From positions 1 through 45,232 of the forward strand of contig JAJHPN010000030.1 in NCBI GenBank assembly GCA_020890855.1: 45,232 nt of DNA. The letters run 5' to 3'. Under the pieces are notes generated by a model. That model was given only the letters and a program-made list of their open reading frames with translations. It made no database searches and was not told the origin of the DNA. This DNA comes from Candidatus Contendobacter sp. GTDB taxonomy: Bacteria; Pseudomonadota; Gammaproteobacteria; Competibacterales; Competibacteraceae. Of the stretch, positions 1-10,800 are shown one piece after another. A program made the position numbers and the translations under genes. Position 1 is the stretch's first letter; each line of letters begins with the position of its first letter.

Positions 1-5
1 GCACC

Positions 6-197
6 ATGCCACTGATTCAATTAATTATCGTTTTGGTCGTTTTTGGGGTGATCCTGTGGGCGATCAATACCTACATTCCCATGGATGGCAATATCAAGAA
101 AATCTTGAATGTGGTCGTCATTATTGCTGCGATTCTTTTTGTATTAAGCGCCTTCGGAGTTTTGGGTTCCCTATCAGGAATGCATGTAGGAAGGTAA
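6..197 (+). CDS. small hydrophobic membrane protein (two predicted TM helices)
   Basis: 63-aa ORF, almost entirely hydrophobic (LIQLIIVLVVFGVILWAI ... VVVIIAAILFVLSAFGVLG). It resembles short 'Thivi_2564-type' membrane proteins; that family name is from memory and unverified. Confidence 0.55.
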   Translation: MPLIQLIIVLVVFGVILWAINTYIPMDGNIKKILNVVVIIAAILFVLSAFGVLGSLSGMHVGR

Positions 198-267
198 TTG
201 AATGCGAAACCGTGAGTGATGCGTCGAGCAGACACTCATTCCCGATTCAGAACAGGAGTAAGCCTCA

Positions 268-555
268 ATGTTAACTAGAGACCAATATGTGGAAAAAATG
301 AAACAGCGCCTTGATCAATGGAGCGCTGAAATGGATGTCCTGGAAGCGAAAGCGCATAAGACCCAGGAGGAGGCCAAGGAGAAATATCAGGAGCAACTGG
401 TCGCGCTGCGCGCCAAGCGTCAGGAAGGCGAGGAAAAGCTGAAGGCGATCCAATCGGCAACGGAAGACTCCTGGGAGCAACTTAAAGCAGAAACGGAAAA
501 TGTCTGGGACGCTTTTAAGGATTCTTTCCATGCGTTCAAAGCGCATTTCAAATGA
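268..555 (+). CDS. small charged coiled-coil protein (stress-associated type)
   Basis: 95-aa ORF with ATG start. Helical, K/E/Q-rich heptad-like sequence (EEAKEKYQEQLVALRAKRQEGEEKLKAIQ). No enzyme motif. Confidence 0.55.
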   Translation: MLTRDQYVEKMKQRLDQWSAEMDVLEAKAHKTQEEAKEKYQEQLVALRAKRQEGEEKLKAIQSATEDSWEQLKAETENVWDAFKDSFHAFKAHFK

Positions 556-610
556 GTAAACCCTAAGGCTTTCACTCCGTCCGTTCGCTCTGAGCCTATC
601 GAAGGATCAT

Positions 611-736
611 TGATCAACAGGACTTTCGCTTTTTGTCATTCCCGCGTCAGCGGGAATCCAGTAACCCGCTGAGAAAAATAGATACCCGTTTTCACGGGTA
701 TGACGACGCAAGGTTTATTAGCGAAAGTCCTGATCA
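611..736 (+). mobile_element. MITE-like repeat, diverged copy A
   Basis: Terminal inverted repeats TGATCAACAGGACTTTCGC (611-629) and GCGAAAGTCCTGATCA (721-736). The core has two 8-bp-stem hairpins, ATTCCCGC/GCGGGAAT and ATACCCG./CGGGTAT, shared with the copies at 13551 and 22602. Confidence 0.6.
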
Positions 737-854
737 ATAAAGAACAGGATTCGACCGGCTCACCCCGAACGGTTTTTGAACTGGAAGCAAAAGTTCTGAA
801 ACCTTTTCCACCCTACGAACACCCTAAGATTCATCATTCACCAGGAGTATCACT

Positions 855-1166
855 ATGAAATTATTCAGTCGATTCGCTACCTTTCTTGTCATCATTTTTT
901 TCGCCTCTCTCTTGGGATGCGCCTCAACCTCAAAGCAGGAAGGAACCGGAGAATATGTGGACGACACCGTCCTGACTGGCAAGGTCAAGGCGGCCATCTT
1001 CAACGATCCTGCGCTGAGTTCGGCGGAGATCAACGTTGAAACCTTCAAGGGCGTGGTGCAGTTGAGCGGTTTCGTCAATTCCAAGGGCGACATTAACAAG
1101 GCCATCCAAGTTGCGCGCAGCGTCCCCGGCGTGACATCCGTTAAGAATGACATGCGGCTCAAGTGA
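855..1166 (+). CDS. BON-domain lipoprotein (OsmY-like)
   Basis: 103 aa. Lipobox ...SLLGC-AST. BON-type segment 'DDTVLTGKVKAAIFNDPALSSAEINVETFKGVVQLSGFV...VARSVPGVTSVKNDM'. Confidence 0.85.
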   Translation: MKLFSRFATFLVIIFFASLLGCASTSKQEGTGEYVDDTVLTGKVKAAIFNDPALSSAEINVETFKGVVQLSGFVNSKGDINKAIQVARSVPGVTSVKNDMRLK

Positions 1167-1449
1167 CGGGAGACCGCGCCTCACCAATCGCGAACTGATC
1201 CTCGGGCATTAAGTCCGAGGAGCGGTTCGCTCCGCAGTCGGCCACCGCAACCCAGGAACGGTTTGCTCGATCATTGCCTTCTGATTGAAGAACCCATTCG
1301 CACCGCCCAGCGGCATCGGTCCAAAAAGGGCATAATTCAAGGAAACGTCGCTTTGCATCTATGCGCTAGCGTACAGACCACCCCCTCATCTTGCGTACCA
1401 TATTGAAAATAGTCGTCAGCGGGTTCCCAGAAATCAGGAAGGAGTAGCC

Positions 1450-3201
1450 GTGAACGAGATGAAGCGATCAGCCCCACAACCCCTCTCCAAGAGAGCCACC
1501 GGCATCGAGGGATTCGATGCGCTGAGCGGCGGTGGGTTGCCACGGAACCGCACCACCTTGGTGATGGGTGGTCCTGGATCGGGCAAAACCGTCTTCTCGC
1601 TGCAAGTCCTGGTCAACGCCGCACGCCAGCGCGACGAAGCCGGGATTTTCGTCGCCTTTGAGGAGCGAAGCCACCAGGTCATGGCGAACGCCGCCACCTT
1701 CGATTGGGGGCTGCCCGCGCTGGCGGAAGACCAGATCTATATTCTTGACGCCCATCTATCGCCCACCATCGTCCAGTCCGGCGAGTTTGATTTGAGCGGC
1801 ATCTTAGCCATCCTCAAGGCCAAGCAAGAAGCGATGAACGCTGAGTGGATCGTGTTTGACGGCATCGATGTGTTGCTGACGCTGTTGCGGGACCCGATTT
1901 TGGAAATGCGGGAAATCTATCGGATCCGGGACTGGCTGGCGGACAACGAGTTGACCGCGATCATCACGGCCAAGATGGATAGCCAGGCCTCCGCAGTGGC
2001 GAACTACGGCTTCATGCAGTTCATGGTGGATTGCGTGATTCGCTTCAACCGGCGTCTGGAGTACGGCGTCCCGGCCCACCGGCTCCAAGTCACCAAATAT
2101 CGCGGCTCGGATTTTGCGTCCGGCGAATTTCCGCTCAGTTTTGGGATCTCCGGAATCGAAGTGGCCCCCCCTGAGCCGCCGGAAATTATTCACGAAGCCT
2201 CGACCGAACGGGTGTCCGCCGGCTTTGAGCGTTTCGACATCATGTTAGGGGGTGGCCTGTTCCGGGGCAGCAGCACACTAATCACCGGAGCGCCCGGCAC
2301 CTCCAAGACCACGTTGATTGGCAAGTTTGCCGAGGCCGCCTGCCAACGTGGCGAGCACACCCTGTTCGTGAGCTTCGATGAAGGCGCCGACCAAATCACG
2401 CGCAATTTGTCTTCAGTGGGCATCGATCTCAACACGCACATCCAATCCGGCCTATTGCGGATGTACTCTGGACGAACGGAAGCGCACAGCGCCGAAGAGC
2501 ATTTGATCAAGCTGCGCACGTTGATCCGCGAACATCAACCACGTTGCATGGTGATTGATCCGCTGTCCGCGATGGCTAAGGCTGGAGGGATCGGCGCGGC
2601 GCGCGCGGTCGCCAACCGGCTCATCCACATGATGAAAGATAAAAAAATCACGGTGGTGATCAGCGCCCTCATCGAAGGCAACGATCCGCAGATGGAAGCG
2701 ACCGATCTCCAGATTTCGACCATTGCCGACACCTGGATTCATCTCTCCTATCTGGTGCGCAGCGGGGAACGCAACCGGGCGTTGACCATCGTTAAATCGC
2801 GGGGAACCTGGCACTCCAACCAGGTGCGCGAATTGGTGCTGAGCGAAGCCGGCCCCATGCTCACCGATGTTTATTCCGCCGGGGGTGAAGTGCTCATGGG
2901 CACGCTGCGCTGGGAAAAGGAGGCTGAGGAGAGCGCCCGACAGAAACAGCGACAGGCCGAGTTTGAGCATAAGCAACGCGATCTGGAATTTGCCGAAGCG
3001 GATACGCAGGCCCGAATTAAAGCCCTGCAACTGGATCTTCAGCGGCAGCAGGCCGAACTGGCGTTATACACCCTGGCCGGTGAAGCACGGATTCTGTCCT
3101 CAAGCGAGCGAGAGAATGCGTTACGCCGGATACGCGGGGCCGACTTGTCCACCCGCATGGAGTCGGCTGCGACGTCCCTCACGCCCCGTGAAACCTCGTA
3201 A
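1450..3201 (+). CDS. kaiC: KaiC-family circadian/hourglass ATPase with extended C-terminal tail
   Basis: 583 aa; GTG 1450 is preceded by GGAAGGAG. Duplicated RecA-like halves with Walker A GGPGSGKT and GAPGTSKT. Acidic pairs 'FVAFEE' and 'FVSFDE'. 'QISTIADTWIHL' is a phosphosite-like segment. About 60 extra charged, heptad-rich C-terminal residues. Confidence 0.9.
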   Translation: MNEMKRSAPQPLSKRATGIEGFDALSGGGLPRNRTTLVMGGPGSGKTVFSLQVLVNAARQRDEAGIFVAFEERSHQVMANAATFDWGLPALAEDQIYILDAHLSPTIVQSGEFDLSGILAILKAKQEAMNAEWIVFDGIDVLLTLLRDPILEMREIYRIRDWLADNELTAIITAKMDSQASAVANYGFMQFMVDCVIRFNRRLEYGVPAHRLQVTKYRGSDFASGEFPLSFGISGIEVAPPEPPEIIHEASTERVSAGFERFDIMLGGGLFRGSSTLITGAPGTSKTTLIGKFAEAACQRGEHTLFVSFDEGADQITRNLSSVGIDLNTHIQSGLLRMYSGRTEAHSAEEHLIKLRTLIREHQPRCMVIDPLSAMAKAGGIGAARAVANRLIHMMKDKKITVVISALIEGNDPQMEATDLQISTIADTWIHLSYLVRSGERNRALTIVKSRGTWHSNQVRELVLSEAGPMLTDVYSAGGEVLMGTLRWEKEAEESARQKQRQAEFEHKQRDLEFAEADTQARIKALQLDLQRQQAELALYTLAGEARILSSSERENALRRIRGADLSTRMESAATSLTPRETS

Positions 3202-3248
3202 TGCTTCCGGCTTTGGAACGAGCAAAAAGACCCGCAAGGGGGAGTGAG

Positions 3249-3575
3249 ATGCGCCGCAAACCGATCGTCATACCATCCGATCCCGCTGCCGTGACTGCGG
3301 CAGTGGTGATGCGGCTCTATGTGGTGAGCGGCGCACCGAATTCGGTTCAGGCGCTCGCCAATCTGGAGGCGATTTGTCAGCGGCAATTGAAAGGGAGCTA
3401 CCAGTTGGAGGTGGTTGATGTGCTTGAACAACCACTCCGCGCCTTGGCCGATGGCGTCATCGTCACCCCCAGTCTCATCAAGCTGTCTCCGCCGCCCGCC
3501 GCGCAGATCGTCGGCAACCTCAGCGATAAAAGTAAAGTGCAGCGCGCGCTTGGACTGGAAGAAAAAATCGTATGA
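3249..3575 (+). CDS. kaiB: KaiB clock protein
   Basis: 108 aa from ATG 3249 (RBS GGAG). An alternative ATG at 3201 overlaps the kaiC stop as TAATG. KaiB-like 'RLYVVSGAPNSVQALANL...VVDVLEQP...ADGVIVTPSLIKLSPPP...IVGNLSD'. Confidence 0.85.
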   Translation: MRRKPIVIPSDPAAVTAAVVMRLYVVSGAPNSVQALANLEAICQRQLKGSYQLEVVDVLEQPLRALADGVIVTPSLIKLSPPPAAQIVGNLSDKSKVQRALGLEEKIV

Positions 3576-4459
3576 AAACGGCCAGTTCCGACTCAACAAC
3601 AGAGACTGATTTTGCGGAAACCGAAGCCGCGTTCGCGACGTTCATTCGGCGACTGATCCAGGATGCCGCGACGCTGCGGGCCATCGACTCGGGCGAGGTG
3701 GACGCCATCCTGGATCCGGTGAGTGGCCGCGCGATCCTGCTGCCGGAGGCGCGGGCGGCGCTGCGCGAAGACAAAGCGCCCACCAACCGGGTGTTGGCGA
3801 CCCTGCCCCGCAGGGAATATCAGCGTTTACAAGCCGGATTCGAACTCGTCACACTCAATTTTGGGGATGTGCTCCATGAACCTGGAGAGTTGATTCAGCA
3901 CATCCACTTTCCCAACGAGGGCCTTCTGGTTTCTTTGCTCACGCTGATCCAGGACCACATGGGTTTGGAAATTGGGCTGGTCGGCAGTGAAGGCATGATC
4001 GGACTTCCTGTGGCGCAAGGGATCGATACGTCGTCCGTTCGCGCCGTAGTGCAGGGAACAGGAACGGCCCTGCGGATGGAATCTTCACAATTTCGCCAAG
4101 TCCTCGAAACCAGCCCCGCATTGCAACGTGCGCTCCACCGCTATACCTACGCCCTGATCGCCCAGATTACGCAAACCGCCGCGTGCAACCGCTTTCATCA
4201 GGTGGAAGCGCGCCTTGCCCGTTGGCTGCTGATGGCGAGCGACCGCCTTCAGTCGGACTCCATCCGTTTTACGCACGAATGGCTGGCGGATTTGCTGGGG
4301 GTGCGCCGGGTCGGAGTCACTCTAGCAGCCAGCGCGCTACAGCAACAAAGGCTGATTCAATACAGCCGCGGCAACATCACGATTCTGGATCGAGAAGGTC
4401 TCAAGGTGTCCTCTTGTGAGTGTTACCAGAAGATCAAGGACATTTTCGACCACGCATAG
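3572..4459 (+). CDS. Crp/Fnr-family transcriptional regulator with ~75-aa N-terminal extension
   Basis: 295 aa; its ATG overlaps the kaiB stop (ATGA). cNMP-binding-like barrel region (GDVLHEPGE...HIHFPNEGLLVSL). C-terminal HTH 'FTHEWLADLLGVRRVGVTLAASALQQQRLIQYSRGNITILD'. Confidence 0.85.
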   Translation: MKTASSDSTTETDFAETEAAFATFIRRLIQDAATLRAIDSGEVDAILDPVSGRAILLPEARAALREDKAPTNRVLATLPRREYQRLQAGFELVTLNFGDVLHEPGELIQHIHFPNEGLLVSLLTLIQDHMGLEIGLVGSEGMIGLPVAQGIDTSSVRAVVQGTGTALRMESSQFRQVLETSPALQRALHRYTYALIAQITQTAACNRFHQVEARLARWLLMASDRLQSDSIRFTHEWLADLLGVRRVGVTLAASALQQQRLIQYSRGNITILDREGLKVSSCECYQKIKDIFDHA

Positions 4460-4650
4460 CCCTGACTGACGCCTACTGTCAGTCGTAGCCGCGCAAGGAT
4501 GCTGCCCTCCCCGGCACGTTCGCGCCGGTCTTCCTGCTCAATCAGGACGTCCACTATCCGCTGAATTCGTCATCCCTCCTAAAACAGGTATCCAATATTT
4601 TCAATTGGTTACTCGATTATCACTGGTATGAGAATCACAAAAAGCGAATG

Positions 4651-4676
4651 TTTTAGGGAAAAATTTTAGGGAAAAA
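4651..4676. repeat. perfect 13-bp tandem duplication TTTTAGGGAAAAA x2
   Basis: Read directly in the AT-rich intergenic region upstream of the glucan synthase gene. A partial third TTTAGGG lies at 4729-4735. Confidence 0.9.
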
Positions 4677-4895
4677 AGCCAGGCTTACTGATTGATCTGT
4701 TCGCTAGCGCACAGAAGCTTGTCAGCCATTTAGGGTAGGTTTCTCCCCATTCCAGAAAAAACGAAACAGCGCCCTGTTTTTGATCGAACGAGTCGTTGGG
4801 GTTGCTCTATCGTTGGCCTAAGAAAGGCTTCGCAACGACATGGAAGATTGAAGTTCACTCCGAAGCCGGAGACCGCAAACCCGAAGGTGAGCACT

Positions 4896-7800
4896 ATGAC
4901 TATTCACGAAACGCTGCTCCAGGTGAGGATGCGGATCCTAGGCAACGGCCTGGCCAAAAAGTACGTTGGCGACGAGCAACCCCTGCGGGCGGAACTGTTC
5001 AGCGCCATTCAGATGGAACAGCACGGCAAGGAGCTGGCCGCTTCGCATGTCTTGACGCCGCGTCAGGCGCGAGACCAACTGCTGGTTCGACTCACCGCCA
5101 ACGAGCGGACCCTGATCGACGTGTGTGCGCTGCTCATGGAAGCGGTGACGGCGAACCGGCGGATTGCGCCCGCCGGAGAATGGCTGCTCGATAATTTCTA
5201 TCTGATCGAAGAACAAATCCGCACCGCCAAGCGGCATCTGCCCAAAGGTTATAGCCGGGAGCTGCCGCGTCTGCGCAATGGCTCATCCGCCGGGTTGCCA
5301 CGGGTGTATGACCTCGCGCTGGAGATCATCGCCCACGGCGATGGCCGGGTGGACCCGGAAGCCCTCAGTCGCTTCGTCGCAGCCTATCAGAGCGTCACCC
5401 CGCTGAAGCTGGGTGAGTTGTGGGCCATTCCGATCATGCTGCGCCTGGCGCTGATCGAGAATCTGCGCCGCGTCGCGGCCCGGATCGCCGGCAGCCGCAC
5501 CGGCCATAACCTGGCCGACGAGTGGGCGGATCAGATGACGGCGATGGCGGAGAATGACCCAAAAAATCTGCTGTTGGTGATTGCGGACATGGCGCGATCG
5601 AACCCGCCGATGTCGAGCGCTTTTGTCGCCGAACTGGCGCGTCGGCTCCAAGGCCAGAGTTCCGCTTTGGCGTTGCCGCTGACCTGGATCGAGCAGCAAC
5701 TGGCCGAGTCGAACCTGACCATCGAACAGTTGGTGCAGGTCGAGAACCAGCAACAGGCCGGCGACCAGGTATCGATCAGCAACAGTATCGGCAGTCTCCG
5801 CTTTCTGGGAGCGATGGACTGGCGCGAGTTCGTCGAAACCATGAGTGTGGTCGAGAGTATCTTGCGTGACGACCCTGTCCGGGTGTACGGCAGAATGGAT
5901 TTTGCCAGCCGGGATCGCTATCGGCATGTCGTCGAGAAAGTCGCCAAAAACAGCCAAATTTCCGAAGCGGCGGTGGCTCACCACGCCATTGATCTAGCGC
6001 AGGAAGACGCGGTCAACCGCGACGGCGATCCGCGAACCGCGCATGTCGGGTTTTACCTGATTGACCGGGGATTGGCGCTGCTCGAACGGCGGGTCAAGGC
6101 GTGCCGGTGTACGCTGGAATCGCTGCAACATCAGGCTCGCCGGTTCCCGTTATTCCTGTATGTGGGCGGGATTGCGCTACTGACCGCGCTATTGACCGGG
6201 GGCCTGCTGACCAAAGCCCAGACTGACGACTGGCCTGCTGGGCTGCTCCCGGTGCTGGGTCTGATCGCGTTACTCGGCGTTAGTCATCTGGCGGTTGCTC
6301 TGGTGAACTGGCTGGCTACCTTGCTGGCGACGCCTTATCCGTTGCCGCGTCTCGACTTTTCCGCAGGCATTCCCCCGGAAACCCGGACTTTGGTGGTGAC
6401 CCCGACGATGCTCACCAGCGCCGCGAATATCGAGGATCTGATCGAGGCGCTGGAAGTTCGCTTCCTGGCTAATCGGGACGACAGCCTGCACTTTGGCTTG
6501 TTGACCGATTTTCGGGATGCGCCGGAGGAAACCCTGGCGGAGGATCAAGCGCTGCTGCGGTTGACCGTGCAACGGATTGATGCGCTCAATGAAAAATATC
6601 CGCAGGTGCGCGGCGACACGTTTTTCCTGTTTCACCGCCCGCGCCGCTGGAATCCGCAGGAACAAATCTGGATGGGTTACGAGCGCAAGCGCGGCAAACT
6701 GGCCGATTTGAACGCGCTGCTGCGCGGCGACTGCGGGGATCGCTTTGCGCGGGTGGTCGGCGATACCACCCTGTTATCCAATGTGAAATACGTCATTACC
6801 CTCGATACCGATACCCAGTTGCCGCGGGATGCCGCCCGCGAATTGATCGGCACGATGGCGCACCCGCTCAATCAGGCCCATTACGACGAGCGTCGGCAGC
6901 GGGTCAGCGCCGGTTACGGCATCCTGCAACCGCGCGTGGCCGTGAGTTTGCCCGGCGCCAATCGGTCGCACTATGCGCGGCTGTACGGGAGCGATGCCGG
7001 GATTGACCCCTATACGCAAGCGGTTTCCGATGTCTACCAGGATGGATTTCAGGAAGGCTCGTTCATCGGCAAGGGCATTTACGAGGTCGATGCCTTCGAG
7101 CAGGCGCTCAACGGCCGCTTTCCCGAAAACCGGATTCTCAGTCACGACCTGCTGGAAGGGTGCTACGCCCGGTCCGGGCTGGTCAGCGATGTGCAGTTGT
7201 ACGAAGACTATCCGGCCTGCTACAGCGCTGATGTCAGTCGCCGGTTCCGCTGGATTCGCGGCGACTGGCAGATTGCGCGCTGGTTGTTGCCGCGCGTTCC
7301 CGGTCTGGATGGCCGGTTGCAGAACAACCCGCTGTCGGCCCTGTCGCGCTGGAAACTGTTCGATAACCTGCGGCGCAGCCTAACCCCGGCGGCGTTGATC
7401 CTGCTGTTGATTCTGGGCTGGGCGGTAATGGCGTCGCCCGGATTCTGGACCGGGGCGGTCCTCGGCATCCTCCTGATCCCGGCCTTGGCGACCTCGCTTC
7501 TGAACGTGCTGCGCAAGCCCGGCGATGTGCGCTGGAGCCAGCATCTCGCCGCCGCCGCCCGCGCGACCGGCCACCATTTGGCTCAGGCCGCTTTCACCAT
7601 CGCCTGCCTCCCTTACGAAGCGTTCTTCAGTCTGGAGGCGATGGTTCGCACGATCTGGCGGATGCAGGTCAGCCACCAGCATTTGTTGGAATGGACCTCG
7701 TCGGGCGAACAGGATCGCCACCGCCGTGACTTGATCGCCTTCTACCGGATAATGCGAATGGCCCCCGCGCTGGCCGGGATCACCGCGCTAGGTCTGGCGA

Positions 7801-10800
7801 TAATCAAACCGGCGGTGTTGTTGGTCGCCGGGCCGCTGCTGGTGCTGTGGCTGGCTTCCCCGGCGCTGGCCTGGTGGATGAGTCGCCCACTAACCCATCG
7901 CGAAGCCCGCCTGACCGCTGATCAAACCCGCTTTCTCCATGCCGTGGCTCGTAAAACCTGGGCATTTTTTGAAACCTTCGTCGGCCCGACCGATCATTGG
8001 CTGCCGCCGGACAATGTTCAGGAGCATCCGGTGGCGGTGGTCGCGCATCGCACCTCGCCGACCAACATGGGCTTGTCATTACTCGCCAATCTGGCCGCCT
8101 ATGATTTTGGCTACCTTTCGGCGGGACGGCTGATTGAGCGGACCACCAGCGCACTGGACACGATGGTTGGGCTGGAACGGTATCGCGGCCACTTCTACAA
8201 CTGGTACGACACCCAGTCCCTGAAATCGCTACCGCCGGTCTACATTTCGTCGGTGGACAGCGGCAATCTCGCCGGCCACCTGCTGACCTTGCGGCAGGGG
8301 CTGCTCGGACTGATCGATGATCCGATCCTGAGTCCCCGCTATTTCGCGGGCCTCGGCGACACCTTCAATCTGCTGGTCGAGGCGGCGGAAGGCGCAATAC
8401 CGGCCTCGTTCGCACCCTTTCAGCAGACCCTGGCAGCAGCCACGACCGCGCCCCCGGCTACTCGGGTAGCGGCGCAGTTATGCCTTGACCAGCTGGCGAC
8501 CACCGCCGAGGCCGGAGTTCACGGTCTGGCGGCGAATGCCGGGGGTGAAGTCAGCGACTGGGCGCTGGCGCTGACCCGGCAATGTCGGGAGGCGCTCGAT
8601 GAATGGCTGTTCCTGGCGCCTGCAATCCCCCCGGCTTCGCTACCCCCCTTTGAAAAAGGAGGACAGGTGGAATTGACTGCCCAGGCCATCCCCACCCTGC
8701 GCCAATCGGCGGCGCTGGATCAGGCAGCCAGTGGCCGCGCCCGCGACCGGATCGCCGCGCTTGAACACTTGGCGTTGCAGGCCGGCGAACTGGCGCAAAT
8801 GGACTATGACTTCCTGTTTGACGAGACGCGGCATCTGCTGGCGATTGGCTACAACGTCAGTGAGCGGCGGCGGGATGCCAGCTACTACGACCTGCTGGCG
8901 TCGGAAGCCCGGTTGGGCAGTTTCGTCGCGATTGCTCAGGGTCAACTCCCGCAAGAGAGCTGGTTTGCCCTGGGCCGCTTGCTGATCATCGCCGGTGGCG
9001 AGCCGACCCTGCTGTCGTGGAGCGGCTCGATGTTCGAGTACCTGATGCCGTTGCTGGTGATGCCGACCTATGAAAACACCCTGCTGGATCAGACCGGTCA
9101 GGCGGCGGTGGCCCGGCAAATCGAATACGGCAAGCAGCGCGGCGTCCCCTGGGGCGTTTCGGAATCGGGCTACAACACGGTCGATGTCCAGCTCAACTAC
9201 CAGTACCGCGCCTTCGGAGTGCCCGGTTTGGGGCTGAAGCGCGGTCTGGCCGAAGATTTGGTCATTGCCCCATATGCCTCAGCGCTGGCGCTGATGGTCG
9301 CGCCCGAGGCCGCCTGCCTGAATTTACAACGCCTCGCCGCCGCCGGGTTTGCCGGACGATTCGGTTTCTATGAGGCGATTGACTACACGCCTTCCCGGGT
9401 GCCCCGCGGACAAACCAGCGCGGTGGTGCGGTCGTTCATGGCCCATCATCAGGGCATGAGTTTTCTGGCGCTGACCTACCTGCTGCTGAATCGGCCCATG
9501 CAGCAACGCTTCGTGGCGGCCCCGCTGTTCCAGGCGACCCTCCTGCTGCTCCAGGAGCGGATTCCCAAGGCTCCGGCGTTCTACTCGAACACTACCAGCC
9601 AGATCACCGATCTCCGGCCGACCGCCAGCAGTCAGGACGCGCCGATGCGGGTGTTCAACAACCCCAATACTCCGCTGCCGGAAGTCCAGTTGTTGTCGAA
9701 CGGTCGCTACCATGTGATGGTCACCAACGCCGGCGGCGGCTACAGCCGCTGGAAAGATCTCGCCGTGACCCGCTGGCGCGAAGACGCCACCTGTGACCCG
9801 TGGGGCGCCTTCTGTTACCTCCGCGACGTAGCCAGCGGCGCGTTCTGGTCGACCGCCTATCAGCCGACCTGCCATGTGCCGGACCACTATGAAGCGATTT
9901 TTTCCGAGGGCCGCGCCGAGTTTCGTCGCCACGACCACGAGATCGAGTCCTACACCGAGATTGTGGTCTCACCGGAAGACGACATCGAACTGCGCCGGGT
10001 CCGCATCAGCAACCGTTCCCGGATCCGCCGGGTCATTGAAATCACCAGTTATGCCGAAGTGGTTCTCGCTCCGCCCGCCGCTGACGCGCTGCATCCGGCG
10101 TTCAGCAACCTGTTTGTGCAAACCGAGATTCTCCACCCGCACCCGGCGATCCTGTGTACCCGCCGCCCGCGTTCCCGGGATGAAGCATCGCCCTGGATGC
10201 TGCACCTGATGGTGGTGCGCGGGGCCGAGTGTGGCCCGGTGTCTTACGAGACCGATCGGCTGCGCTTCATCGGTCGCGGTCATACCACCGCCGATCCTCA
10301 GGCGCTGACTCAGGACATGGCGCTTTCGGGTAGCGCCGGCTCGGTGCTGGATCCGGTGGTCGCGATCCGCTATCGGATCACCCTCGATCCCGAACAAACC
10401 GCGACCGTGGATCTGGTATCCGGGATCGGCGAGACCCGCGACAACGCCCTGACCCTGGTCGGCAAATACCAGGATCAGCGGCTGGCGGATCGGGTGTTTG
10501 ACCTGGCCTGGACCCACAGTCAGGTGGTGCTGCGCCAGCTCAACGCCACCCAGGCTGACGCCCAACTCTACGGGCATCTGGCCAGTTCGATCCTCTATGC
10601 CAACGCTACGCTGCGCGCCGAAACCAGCGTCCTCAGCCAGAATCGCCGGGGGCAATCCGGGCTGTGGGGCCACGCCGTCTCCGGCGATGTGCCGATTGTG
10701 CTGCTACAGATTACCGACTCCGCCAACATTGAGCTGGTCCACCAACTGGTGCAGGCCCACGCCTATTGGCGGCTGAAAGGCCTGACCGTGGATCTGGTGA

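Noticed and set aside
1167-4895. I searched for kaiA, and for intrinsic terminators around the kai operon (hairpins CCTCGG-N9-CCGAGG at 1200-1220 and GACTGAC-N7-GTCAGTC at 4464-4484).
   Set aside because: No ORF with KaiA-like features is present. The hairpins have short stems without U-tracts, so I do not call them terminators.
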